Shown here in pieces: positions 17,279 through 26,493 of a stretch of 30,305 bases of DNA. The translations under genes and the position numbers were made by a program. Numbering within the stretch: position 1 is the stretch's first letter; each line of letters begins with the position of its first letter. The DNA comes from Candidatus Eiseniibacteriota bacterium (GTDB lineage Bacteria; ARS69): the NCBI GenBank assembly GCA_052390515.1, contig JBQTGV010000059.1:1-30305 (forward strand), given 5' to 3'. The notes under the pieces are model-generated. The model worked only from the letters and a program-made list of their open reading frames with translations. It did no database searches and was not told the DNA's origin.

Positions 17279-18228
17279 GGCGCGCCGCCGCGGCGCTCCG
17301 GCTCGCCGTGGGGCTCTCCGCTCTCGCCTACCTCCTCGGCCGGGTGGACTTCGGACTGGCGCGAGAGACGCTCGCGACGGTGAGCGGAGCGTGGCTCGCC
17401 GCAGCTTTCGCGGCGCAGCTCGGAGCTAAGGTCTTCTGGCTGCTGCGATGGGACACGCTGCTGCGCGCCGCCGGTCACCGCCGCGGGTGGGGACATCTGT
17501 TGCGCCTCGTGCTCGTCGGGCTCTTCTTCAACAACTTCCTGCCGACGTCGGTCGGCGGCGACGTGGCGCGCGGAATCGGGCTGGCCCGCGGCGGCGTGCC
17601 GAGAGCGACCGCAGCGGCTTCCGTGGTGCTGGATCGACTGGTGGGGGTGCTGGCCCTCGCGGTGATGGCCGCCGCCGGGGGGACCGTGGGGGCCGTGCTC
17701 TGGCCCGGCGAGGGGCCCTGGGCGGCGGCGGTCGTGTTCGCGTTCGGCGCGGCGGCGCTGCTCGTCGTGCTGACCCGCCCGCGCGTGATGGCCTGGGCCG
17801 CCTCGGGCCGCGCGGTGCCGGTCGCGCTCCGCGGCAAGCTCGCGCGCATGGCGGACGCCGTGACTCTCGTCTCCGGCCGCGGCCGCGTCGTGCTCGTCGC
17901 GCTGGCGTACTCCCTGGGACTCTCGGCCTGCTCGGCGCTCTTCCACTGGTCGCTGGCGCGCGCCGTCGCGATCCCGATTCCCCTGCTCGCCTTCTTCGTG
18001 ATCGTTCCCACGGTGATGATGTTCGCGTCCCTGCCGATCACGCTGAACGGCCTCGGCCTCCGCGAGGTCGGCTTCGTGACGTTCCTCGCCCGCCTCGGCG
18101 CGCCGACCTCGGCGGCCGCTGTGTTCGCGTTCCTGGCCTTCGCCCTTCCGCTGGTCTTCGCGCTGGCCGGCGGCCTGCTCTTCGTGGCGGGCGAGCGGGC
18201 GGGGTCCGCCCGCGAGGAGGCGACATGA
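17275..18228 (+). CDS. UPF0104 / lysylphosphatidylglycerol-synthase-TM flippase-like membrane protein 1
   Basis: ATG overlaps the kinase stop; RW..LL, GLFFNNFLPTSVGGDV, SVVLDRLVG, LPITLNGLGLRE. Confidence 0.88.
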   Translation: MRRAAAALRLAVGLSALAYLLGRVDFGLARETLATVSGAWLAAAFAAQLGAKVFWLLRWDTLLRAAGHRRGWGHLLRLVLVGLFFNNFLPTSVGGDVARGIGLARGGVPRATAAASVVLDRLVGVLALAVMAAAGGTVGAVLWPGEGPWAAAVVFAFGAAALLVVLTRPRVMAWAASGRAVPVALRGKLARMADAVTLVSGRGRVVLVALAYSLGLSACSALFHWSLARAVAIPIPLLAFFVIVPTVMMFASLPITLNGLGLREVGFVTFLARLGAPTSAAAVFAFLAFALPLVFALAGGLLFVAGERAGSAREEAT

Positions 18229-19172
18229 GCGAGCCGGGGAAGCCCACGCGGCGGCGCCTGCTCTTCGCCGCGCTCAAGATCGCCGTGAGCGTAACCCTGC
18301 TGGCCGTCCTCGTGCGCCGGTACGGGGGCGATGCATCCTTCCGGGCTACGCTCCGCGGCGTGGAGCCGCTCGCGTTCCTCCAGGCCGAGGCCGTGCTCGC
18401 GCTCGGACTGCTGGTGTCCGCGGTCCGCTGGAAGCTGCTGCTGCGCGCAGCCGGGGTGGCGCTTCCCTTCGGCGTCGCCGTGCGCCTCTACTTCGTGTCC
18501 TTCTTCTTCAACTTCCTGCTGCCCACCTCGGTCGGCGGCGACGTGGTCCGCGCGATGGGCGTGGGCGGCGGCACGCGCGTGCCGGTCGTGGTCGGCTCGA
18601 TCCTCGTCGAGCGGCTGCTCGGCTTCGGCTGCCTGCTGGTCATCGGCACGGTGGCGAGCTTCGCCGTGCCGAGCCTCGGTGCGGCCCGTGCGGCGCTGAC
18701 CGTGGCCAGCGTGTCCTTCGCGCTGTTCACGCTCCTGCTGGTGGCGGTGCCGCTTCCCGCGGTGAGCCGCGGCGGCGCGCTCGGCCGCCTGCTCACCGGG
18801 CTGGTCGACACCGCCCGCGAGGTCCGCGCATACGGGTTCCACGGCTCGGCGCTCGCGGTGGGGCTCCTGCTCTCGGTCGGGTGGCAGCTGGCCCTCGTCC
18901 TGGCCAACGGGATGCTCTCCGCGGGGCTGGGCGGAGTGGTGTCGTGGGGGAGTCTCTTCGCGCTCGTGCCCGTGGTGCAGGCCGTGACCATGATCCCGGT
19001 CAGCTTCGGCGGGCTCGGCCTGCGGGAGATGGGCTACGAGTATTTCCTTGGGGCGGCCGGCTTCGATCCCGCCGGGGCCGTCGCGCTGGCCGCCTGTTTC
19101 CTGGGCGTCTCCCTTTCTCTCGCGCTGAAGGGCGGCCTCGTCTACCTGATCGCGCCGTCGCGCGCGTCCTAG
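18225..19172 (+). CDS. UPF0104 / lysylphosphatidylglycerol-synthase-TM flippase-like membrane protein 2
   Basis: ATGA overlap with the previous gene; RWKLLL, FFNFLLPTSVGGDV, SILVERLLG, IPVSFGGLGLRE. Confidence 0.88.
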   Translation: MSEPGKPTRRRLLFAALKIAVSVTLLAVLVRRYGGDASFRATLRGVEPLAFLQAEAVLALGLLVSAVRWKLLLRAAGVALPFGVAVRLYFVSFFFNFLLPTSVGGDVVRAMGVGGGTRVPVVVGSILVERLLGFGCLLVIGTVASFAVPSLGAARAALTVASVSFALFTLLLVAVPLPAVSRGGALGRLLTGLVDTAREVRAYGFHGSALAVGLLLSVGWQLALVLANGMLSAGLGGVVSWGSLFALVPVVQAVTMIPVSFGGLGLREMGYEYFLGAAGFDPAGAVALAACFLGVSLSLALKGGLVYLIAPSRAS

Positions 19173-19179
19173 AGCCGCC

Positions 19180-20661
19180 GTGACCGTCGCCCGCGACCTC
19201 GTCAAGCACTCCTCCGTTTACGGACTGGGCCTCGCCCTCTCCCGGGTGGCGAGCGTCGTGCTGCTGCCGTTCTACACGAGGTTCCTCACGCCCGCGGACT
19301 ACGGGATCATCGCCCTGATCGATCTGACCATGGCGCTGGTGACGAACATGGCCGCCGGCGGCGTGCATTCCGCCGTGATGCGCTACCATTTCGAACCGCA
19401 GTATCGGGACCGGCGCCACGACCTGTGGACCACCGGTCTCGTGATGATGGCCGCGGCCGCGCTGCCGCAGTTGCTGCTCGTCTGGTTCCTGCGCGCCGAC
19501 ATCGCCGCGCTGGCCTTCGGGGCGGAGATCGCGGAGGGACCCGCGTACCTCACGCTCGCAGTGCTGTCCCTGCCGCCGCGGCTCTTCTCCAACTACGCGC
19601 AGTCCTACCTCCGCGCGGAGAAGCGGTCCGTCCTGTTCGTGGGCGTGACCGTCCCGGGCCTCGTTCTGCGCATCGCGCTGAACATCTACCTCATCGGGTT
19701 CCGCGGGCTCGGCGTCTTCGGCTTCCTGTGGGGGAGCCTGATCGGGGGCTGGATCGAGGCGCTGGTCTACTGGCTGATCCTGTTCACGCGGCGCCCGTGG
19801 CGGATCGTGCGCGAAGTGGTGGGGCCGATGTGGTCGTACGGCTGGCCGCTGCTCGTGACCACGCTCGCCGGCCTGGCCATGCACCAGATGAACCGCTTCG
19901 TCATGCGCTGGCTGCTGGACGACCTGCACGCCATCGGGATCTTCGCCGTGGCGTACACGCTGGCGCAGGGCGTGAACCAGGTGATCGTCACGCCCTTCCA
20001 ATCGATCTGGTCCGCGGTCATGTACGAGATCGATCTGATGGAGGATCGCGTTCGCATGTACCGGCGGGTGTTCAAGTACTACGCGGCGGCGATCGCCCTG
20101 GTGCTGTTCGGCGTTGCCGTGGCCAGCGAGCCGATCGTGCGCATCCTCGCCGCGCCGGAGTTCGCCGAGGCGGCGAAGGTCCTGCCCTGGCTGTGCCTCG
20201 CGTACTTCTTCTTCACGCTGCACGGCCTGCTGCGCGCCCCGGCCATGATCCACCGGCGGACCATCAGCGTGGCCCGCGTCTCGGTGATCGCGGCGGTGGT
20301 GAACTTCGTGGCGAACGTCGCGCTGGTCCCGATCGCCGGGATCTACGGAGCCGCTTACGCCGCGGTCGTCACCTACGCGGTGTTCACGCTGCTCGGGCAC
20401 ATGGAGTACCGCAGGATCGAGGACCTCCACTTCCCGCTGCGCTACGTGGTGCTGTCCGCGCTCCTGGGCGTCGCCCTCACCGCGGCGATGCAGGTGATCG
20501 TGCCCGAGGGAGCGTCCCTGCCCGTCGAGGTCGCCGCGGCCGCCGCGGCGTGGATCGCCGTCGCCGCCGGAGTGCTGCTGGGCCCTGCGCGCGGATTGAT
20601 CGAGCGGGACTCGCCGTTGAGGCGGCTGCTGGTCGGGGTGCGCGGCCGAACCGCACGCTGA
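19180..20661 (+). CDS. wzx: Oligosaccharide flippase (Wzx, MOP superfamily)
   Basis: LLPFYTRFLTPADYG, YGWPL, many TM segments, NVALVP..GIYGAA. Confidence 0.88.
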   Translation: MTVARDLVKHSSVYGLGLALSRVASVVLLPFYTRFLTPADYGIIALIDLTMALVTNMAAGGVHSAVMRYHFEPQYRDRRHDLWTTGLVMMAAAALPQLLLVWFLRADIAALAFGAEIAEGPAYLTLAVLSLPPRLFSNYAQSYLRAEKRSVLFVGVTVPGLVLRIALNIYLIGFRGLGVFGFLWGSLIGGWIEALVYWLILFTRRPWRIVREVVGPMWSYGWPLLVTTLAGLAMHQMNRFVMRWLLDDLHAIGIFAVAYTLAQGVNQVIVTPFQSIWSAVMYEIDLMEDRVRMYRRVFKYYAAAIALVLFGVAVASEPIVRILAAPEFAEAAKVLPWLCLAYFFFTLHGLLRAPAMIHRRTISVARVSVIAAVVNFVANVALVPIAGIYGAAYAAVVTYAVFTLLGHMEYRRIEDLHFPLRYVVLSALLGVALTAAMQVIVPEGASLPVEVAAAAAAWIAVAAGVLLGPARGLIERDSPLRRLLVGVRGRTAR

Positions 20662-20664
20662 GCG

Positions 20665-22596
20665 TCAGGCGCTGCGCGCGAGCGCCGTCGCCGGGGTTTC
20701 CGCGGATCCGGAGCGCTCGTTGCGCGCCCAGCGGTCCAGCACCCACGCCGCCCACAGCACGTAGGAACGGTCCGCGCGACCGGAGCGGTGCTCGCCGAGC
20801 CAGCGGCGGAGCACGCCGAGGTCCAGCAGTCCGACCAGCGCACCGTCCGGGCCGAGCACCTCGGAGGCGAAGCGTTCCGAGTCCGGCCCCGCGAGCCAGC
20901 GGGCCACGGGCGCGGTGAAGCCGCGCTTGGGGAGGTGCAGGTTCTCGGGCGGCAGGCGCCGCTCGGCGAGGCGGCGGAGGAGGTGCTTGGCGCGCAGACC
21001 GGGCATCTTGACCGACGTCGGCACGCGGAAGGCGAGCTCCACGACGCGGTGATCGAGCAGGGGGCAGCGCACCTCGAGGCCGTGCTGCATGCTCATGCGA
21101 TCCACCTTCACCAGCGGATCGTTCGGCAGGTAGACCATCAGGTCCGCGTACTGCGCCCGCTGCACGACGCTCGGCGAGGGGCAGCGGCGGTAGGGTTCGG
21201 TCACCAGCTCGTACACCGGGCTGCGGCGCGGGTCGCGGTCGGGATCTTCTCCCAGCGCGAGGCGCGCGTCCGCCGGCTTGAGGAAGCACAGATCCGAGTA
21301 GTACGCGTCCGCGGGATCCAGTCCGACGTTCTCCAGCAGCGTGCCGAGCCGGAGCGCCCGGGGAAGCCGCGGCGAGCGGGGCCACGCGTGTCCCAGCCCG
21401 CGGACGACTCTCCGCAACGGACGGCCGGGGAGCAGGCGGCGCGCGCGGTCCTCCCACGCATGGGGCACGTAGCGGAAGTCGTAGCCGCCGAACGTCTCGT
21501 CGCCGCCGTCGCCGGAGAGGCACACGGTGACGTGGCGCCGAGCGCCGGCGCACACGTAGTAGGTGGGGATGGCCGAGGAGTCGGCGAAAGGCTCGTCGCA
21601 GCCGCGCAGCACCGTGTCCAGCATCTCGTCGAGCCGCGGCGTGAGGATCTCGGGGTGGTGGCGCGTGGAGAAGCGCCCGGCCACGCGCGCGGCGGCCTCC
21701 AGCTCGTTGTGCGCGGAGTCGTCGAAGCCCACCGACACGGTGAGCGGCCGCTCGTTCATCGCTCCGGCCATGAACGAGACGACGAGCCCGGAGTCGATTC
21801 CGCCGGAGAGGAAGGCGCCCAGCGGCACCTCGCTCTCCAGGCGCGCCGCCACCGCGTCGTGCACGGCGCCTTCCAGCTCCGCGAGGATCTCGCCCTCGGG
21901 CCGGCCGTCGGAGTCGAAGGCGGGGATGTCCCAGTAGCGGCGAAGGTCGAGGCGGCCGCCGGCCAGGTGCATCCAGTGACCGGGCTCGAGCTTCTTCACG
22001 TGGCGGTAGAGCGTCCACGGGGCGGGCACGTAGCCGAGCGACAGGTATCCCTCGAGCGCTCGCGGCTCGATCTCGCCGTCCCACGCCGGGCTCCTGCGGA
22101 GCGACTTGATCTCGCTGGCGAAGTGCAGCGCGCCGTCCAGCTCGGCCCAGAAGAGGGGCTTCTTGCCGAGCCGGTCCCGCGCGGCGTAGAGCTCCCCGCG
22201 CGCGGAGTCCCACAGCGCGAACGCGAACATCCCGTGCAGCCGCTCGGCGCACGACGTACCCCACTCCTCCCAGCCGTGCACGATCACCTCGCCGTCCGAG
22301 CGCGTGCGGAAGCGGTGGCCCCGGGCCTCGAGCTGCGCGCGGATCTCGTGGTGGTTGTAGATCTCGCCGTTGAAGACGACCTGGACGGAGAGGTCCTCGT
22401 TGCCGAGAGGCTGCGCGCCTCCCGCCCGATCGATGATGGAGAGCCGGCGGTGGCCCAGGGCGGCTCGGGCGTCGTTCCAGAAGCCGTCCCCGTCCGGGCC
22501 ACGGTGCCGGATCGCGGCGGTCATCTCCGCGACGCTCGCGCGGAGGTCGTCACGGAGAGGGCCGGCCCGGGCGACGACGCCTGCGATTCCGCACAC
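20665..22596 (-). CDS. asnB: Asparagine synthase (glutamine-hydrolysing)-family amidotransferase
   Basis: GTG start giving MCGIAG (catalytic Cys2); HRGPDG, GHRRLSIID, FNGEIYN, RDRLGKKPL, LSGGIDS, SGDGGDE, KVDRMSM, KRGF. Context suggests glycan amidation rather than Asn synthesis. Confidence 0.93.
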   Translation of the reverse strand: MCGIAGVVARAGPLRDDLRASVAEMTAAIRHRGPDGDGFWNDARAALGHRRLSIIDRAGGAQPLGNEDLSVQVVFNGEIYNHHEIRAQLEARGHRFRTRSDGEVIVHGWEEWGTSCAERLHGMFAFALWDSARGELYAARDRLGKKPLFWAELDGALHFASEIKSLRRSPAWDGEIEPRALEGYLSLGYVPAPWTLYRHVKKLEPGHWMHLAGGRLDLRRYWDIPAFDSDGRPEGEILAELEGAVHDAVAARLESEVPLGAFLSGGIDSGLVVSFMAGAMNERPLTVSVGFDDSAHNELEAAARVAGRFSTRHHPEILTPRLDEMLDTVLRGCDEPFADSSAIPTYYVCAGARRHVTVCLSGDGGDETFGGYDFRYVPHAWEDRARRLLPGRPLRRVVRGLGHAWPRSPRLPRALRLGTLLENVGLDPADAYYSDLCFLKPADARLALGEDPDRDPRRSPVYELVTEPYRRCPSPSVVQRAQYADLMVYLPNDPLVKVDRMSMQHGLEVRCPLLDHRVVELAFRVPTSVKMPGLRAKHLLRRLAERRLPPENLHLPKRGFTAPVARWLAGPDSERFASEVLGPDGALVGLLDLGVLRRWLGEHRSGRADRSYVLWAAWVLDRWARNERSGSAETPATALARSA

Positions 22597-22637
22597 GGTG
22601 GGCTCTTCGATTCGCGGGGGAGGGGATACTCCGGGAA

Positions 22638-22667
22638 ACTCTACCGGATATCGGTGCTCCGCGGCAA
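22638..22667 (-). promoter_or_regulatory. Candidate internal sigma70-type promoter for asnB
   Basis: Minus strand TTGCCG-N18-TAGAGT in the 73-nt gap between the GT4 gene and asnB. Confidence 0.4.
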
Positions 22668-22669
22668 CT

Positions 22670-23788
22670 TCACGAGCCGCGATGCTCGCCGCGATACACC
22701 GCCGCGTATTCCTCGAGCATGCGCTCCAGCGCGAAGCGGCGCTCCGCCTCGTCGCGGGCGGCGGCCGCCAGGAGCCGGCGGCGGGAGGGGTCCCGGGCGA
22801 GGTCCACGGCGGCGGCGGCGAGGGCCGACGGATCACCCGGGGGCACCAGCACCCCGGTCCGCCCGTCGTCGATCACCTCCGGGGTTCCGCCGACCCGTGT
22901 GGCCACGACCGGCAGACCCGCCGCCATCGCCTCGATGATGGTGAGCGAGACCCCCTCGTAGCGGGAGCTGTTCACGTAGAGGTCGAACCCGGGGAGGAGC
23001 AGGCGCGCGTCGGCGCGGGAGCCGGCGAAGGTCACGGCCTCCAGGACGCCGAGTTCCCCCGCGCGACGCTCGAGCGCGGCGCGCTCCGGGCCGTCGCCCA
23101 CGAGGACGAGGTGCGCCGAGGGTACCGCCGCACGGATCGTCGCGCACGCCTCCAGCAGGGCCGCGTGGTCCTTCACCGGGTCCAGCCGCGCGACCGTTCC
23201 GATGACGAAGCGGTCCGGAGGGAGCGAGAGCCGCGCGCGAGCCGGCGCACGACCGGCGGGCTCGGGTCTGCCGCCGAGGTCGATCCCGTTGTAGATCACG
23301 CCGAGGCTTCGCGCCGGGAATCCCTCGGCGATCAGGAACTCGCGAAGCTCCCGGCACACCGCGAAGCGCGCGCCGGGAATGCGCGCGAGCCAGGGGTTCA
23401 CCAGCCGGCGCTTGCTCGACGGCCCCGCGTCGGAGAGACGACCGTGCTCGGTGAACACCAGACGGACCCCCGGCGCGAGCATCGTTGCCAGGCTGCCGTA
23501 GACATACGGGGTGTACTGGTGAGCGTGCAGCACGCCGACCCGATGGCGCCGCACGAGCGAGGCGATGCGCCACGCGACCGACGGACGGAAGCCGCTCTCT
23601 CGCTGCAGCGCGAAGACCGGCATCCCCTCCGCGGCGAGCATCGCTCCCCACTCTCCGGGCGAGTCGAGACAGCAGACGAGCGATTCGTAGCCGGGCGGTA
23701 GCTTCCTGGCGAGGTCGACGATGAGACGCTCGGCGCCACCCGGATCGAGCCGGAGCGCGATCTGCATCACGCGCAGAGGGCGCTTCAT
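22670..23788 (-). CDS. GT4-family glycosyltransferase
   Basis: ATG overlaps the upstream stop; GGAER, FTEHG, IYNGID, VARLDPVKDH, SRYEGVSLTIIEAMAAG (EX7E). Confidence 0.92.
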   Translation of the reverse strand: MKRPLRVMQIALRLDPGGAERLIVDLARKLPPGYESLVCCLDSPGEWGAMLAAEGMPVFALQRESGFRPSVAWRIASLVRRHRVGVLHAHQYTPYVYGSLATMLAPGVRLVFTEHGRLSDAGPSSKRRLVNPWLARIPGARFAVCRELREFLIAEGFPARSLGVIYNGIDLGGRPEPAGRAPARARLSLPPDRFVIGTVARLDPVKDHAALLEACATIRAAVPSAHLVLVGDGPERAALERRAGELGVLEAVTFAGSRADARLLLPGFDLYVNSSRYEGVSLTIIEAMAAGLPVVATRVGGTPEVIDDGRTGVLVPPGDPSALAAAAVDLARDPSRRRLLAAAARDEAERRFALERMLEEYAAVYRGEHRGS

Positions 23789-24957
23789 GCGCGCTGCATC
23801 TCCTCGACGAGCGCGCGGACCACGCCAGCGGCCCGCTCCCAGGAGAACTCCCGGAGCACGCGGGCCCGGCCGGCCGAGCCGAGCTTCGCGCGCAGGTCGG
23901 CGGAGGAGAGCAGGGCGTCCAGCGCCGCCGCCAGCTCCGCGACGTCGTCTCCACCGACGAGCAAGCCCGTCTCTCCTTCGGCGACGGCCTCCGGTGCGCC
24001 GCCGGTCTTCCCGGCGACGACGGGGCGGGCTGCGGCCTGCGCCTCCAGGAAGACGATCCCGAAGCCCTCGATGTCCTCGCCGTCCTTGCGGTTGGGGAGC
24101 AGGAACACGTCGCAGGCCGCGTAGTACGAGGGGAGCTCCGCGTCCGCAACCGCGCCTGCGAAACTCCCGCGGCCGGCGACCCCGCACTCCTCCGCGAGGC
24201 GGCGAAGCGTCGCCTCCTCTTCGCCGGTTCCGACGATGACGTAGCGCACGCCGGCTCGGCCGGAGCCGAGCGCCGCGAGGGCGCGGATCGCCGTGTCGTG
24301 CCCCTTGCGCCGCTGCAGCCGACCGACGGACAGGAGCAGGAGGTCATGCTCGGCACCGAGACGGCGCCGCAGCGGGTTCCCGTCCACGTCCGGCCGGAAG
24401 CGTTGCGGGTCGACGCCGGGATAGGCGACGCGCACCTCGCTGCGGGGAACGCCGAAGCGCTCCAGCAGCGCGGCGGTGTTGGCGCTGTTGGCCAGCGCAC
24501 ACGCCGCGCCGCGCAGCACGAGCCTCGTGACCACGGTCAGCTCCCGCGAAGTGCCCGCGGTGGCCAGATCCTCGCCGTGCGACCAACACACGTAAGGCGG
24601 CCCGCCCGCGCGCCGCGCCAGCCAGGCGGCGACGCCCTCCGGAAGCACGCGGGCGCAGTGCACCGCCGCGCGCGGGCGCGCGAGCCGGCGCAGGAGAGCC
24701 GCGGTGCGAGCGTGGCGCAGGAGCCCCGCGGGGTGCGCCACGCCCCAATGCGGAGTGGCCAGCCTCGCGTGACGGATGTCCAGGGCGCCCGACGGTCCGT
24801 CCGCCGAGGGAGAGGAGCCGGAGTCCGTGAGTACCCTCACGGGCCGACCCAGTCGGGAGTAGACGTTGGCCAGGAGGCTCGCGCTGCCTCCGATCGCCGG
24901 AGGGAAGAACTGGCTGACCAGGAGCACGTCGGGCTCCGCGCCCGGGGGACGGCGCAT
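23785..24957 (-). CDS. GT4-family glycosyltransferase (PimB-like)
   Basis: FPPAIGG, HGED, PGVD, VGRLQRRKGHD, EGFGIVFLEA (EX7E). Confidence 0.92.
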   Translation of the reverse strand: MRRPPGAEPDVLLVSQFFPPAIGGSASLLANVYSRLGRPVRVLTDSGSSPSADGPSGALDIRHARLATPHWGVAHPAGLLRHARTAALLRRLARPRAAVHCARVLPEGVAAWLARRAGGPPYVCWSHGEDLATAGTSRELTVVTRLVLRGAACALANSANTAALLERFGVPRSEVRVAYPGVDPQRFRPDVDGNPLRRRLGAEHDLLLLSVGRLQRRKGHDTAIRALAALGSGRAGVRYVIVGTGEEEATLRRLAEECGVAGRGSFAGAVADAELPSYYAACDVFLLPNRKDGEDIEGFGIVFLEAQAAARPVVAGKTGGAPEAVAEGETGLLVGGDDVAELAAALDALLSSADLRAKLGSAGRARVLREFSWERAAGVVRALVEEMQRA

Positions 24958-25181
24958 CGGGCATCGACTCCCTGAAACGGTGACGAGAGCAAGAGTAGTC
25001 ATCGCCCGGCGGAGCGCGAGCCATTTCGCGAAGCCGCAACGTCGCGAAGGGGCTATCGCGAAGCGCCGATCCGGGCTATATCTCTTCCTCGGCTGGCGAA
25101 TCGTGCGGGCTAAGGGGCGGGGCTCGGCGTGCCGATTCGATGAACGGTTCCACGTTCCCCCGGAATGCCAGGGCAACCACC

Positions 25182-26444
25182 ATGAGCCGTCTTTCACGGC
25201 ATCCGCGTCGCTCTGCGCCCTTCGCGGCGCTTCTCGCCGTCTTCGCGGCCGCCGCGCCCGCGTCCGCGCAGCAGATCGTCTCCACCGCAGCGGAGCTCCA
25301 GGCCGCCATCGCCGCGGCGAATTCGGGCTCGGGCTCCGCCACGATCCTGGTCCAGGACGGCGTCTACGCGCTGACCCAGTTCCTCTGGATCACCCGCGAC
25401 GGACTCACCCTGCGAGGGCAGAGCGGCAATCCCGCGGCGGCCGTCCTCGAGGGCTCCGGCATGACGTCCGGGATCACGCACCTGGTGCAGGTGGCCGCGC
25501 ACGACGTCACCGTCGAGGACCTGACCCTTCGCCGGGTGATGAACCACGCGGTGCAGGTGCACGGCGAGGGCCCGTACAGTGCCGATCGCACCGTACTGCG
25601 CAACCTCGTGCTCCAGGACACCGGCCAGCAGATGGTGAAGGTCTCGTACAAGAGCGGCACCGCGTCGAGCGCGGACTTCGGAGTGGTGGAGGGCTGCCTC
25701 TTCGAGTACACGGCCGGGATCGGGCCGCAGTACTACATCGGGGGTATCGACGCGCATCAGGCGCAGAACTGGGTCGTGCGAGGCTGCACGTTCCGGGGGA
25801 TCCGCAGCCCGGACGCCTCGGTCGCGGAGCACGCCGTTCACTTCTGGTCGGGCGCGGGCGGGACGATCGTCGAGCGCAACCTCATCGTGAACTGCGACCG
25901 TGGAATCGGCTTCGGCCTTGGCACCCGCGGTCACAACGGCGGCGTGATCCGCAACAACATGATCTATCACGCCGATCTCGGCGCCGACCGGGCCGACGTG
26001 TCCATCGAGCTGGAGAGCGCCACGGGGGCCGAGGTCGTGCACAACACGATCTACCAGGAGCACGCGTATCAGACCGCCATCTCCGTGCGATGGGCGGCGT
26101 CGACCGCCACCGTCGCCAACAACCTCGTCCGCGTCCCGGGAGGTGGCAGCCGCATCATCTGGGCGCGAGACGGCGCGACGGTGACGCAGTCCGGAAACGT
26201 GGTCGGCGCACAGGCGTCGTGGTTCGTCGACGTGCCGAATGCGGATCTGCACGTGACCGGCAGCGTGCCGGCCGTCCTGGACGCCGCGCCGTCCGGCGGC
26301 GTGACGGACGACTTCGACGGGGAGGCCCGCCCGCAGGGAGCGGCTGCGGACGTGGGCGCGGACGAAGTGGCCGGAGCGACGGGAGGCGGAAGCGGGATGC
26401 GCCAGGTCGGCTGGGGCCAGGTGAAGGCGAACTTCCGGTTCTGA
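25182..26444 (+). CDS. Secreted right-handed parallel beta-helix protein with choice-of-anchor-Q-like motif and C-terminal WGQVKANFRF tail
   Basis: Signal peptide ending ASA-Q; ELQAAI, GLTLRG, Asn-ladder repeats (ERNLI, IRNNMI, VHNTI, VANNL); DFDGEARPQGAAADVGADE; Gly linker then terminal motif. Confidence 0.82.
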   Translation: MSRLSRHPRRSAPFAALLAVFAAAAPASAQQIVSTAAELQAAIAAANSGSGSATILVQDGVYALTQFLWITRDGLTLRGQSGNPAAAVLEGSGMTSGITHLVQVAAHDVTVEDLTLRRVMNHAVQVHGEGPYSADRTVLRNLVLQDTGQQMVKVSYKSGTASSADFGVVEGCLFEYTAGIGPQYYIGGIDAHQAQNWVVRGCTFRGIRSPDASVAEHAVHFWSGAGGTIVERNLIVNCDRGIGFGLGTRGHNGGVIRNNMIYHADLGADRADVSIELESATGAEVVHNTIYQEHAYQTAISVRWAASTATVANNLVRVPGGGSRIIWARDGATVTQSGNVVGAQASWFVDVPNADLHVTGSVPAVLDAAPSGGVTDDFDGEARPQGAAADVGADEVAGATGGGSGMRQVGWGQVKANFRF

Positions 26445-26465
26445 CGACGCAGCGGCACTCCCGAC

Positions 26466-26493
26466 TTGACGGGCGGCTCTGCTTTTCTATAGT
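26466..26493 (+). promoter_or_regulatory. Near-consensus sigma70-type promoter
   Basis: TTGACG-N16-TATAGT, 5/6 match at both hexamers, 21 nt after the beta-helix gene stop. Confidence 0.55.

Noticed and set aside
15250-19172. 992-aa and 574-aa ORFs as large fusion proteins or frameshifted genes
   Set aside because: The Arg/Ala/Gly-rich N-terminal parts are stop-poor shadow frames of high-GC DNA; real starts at 17275 and 18225 overlap upstream stops.
20665-22596. AsnB homolog as a lasso-peptide cyclase, with the small 8679-9035 protein as precursor and the ABC pair as exporter
   Set aside because: The enzyme retains the full N-terminal Cys glutaminase domain; no B1/B2 (RRE or peptidase) genes are present; the small protein has Sec and PEP-CTERM signals rather than a lasso leader.
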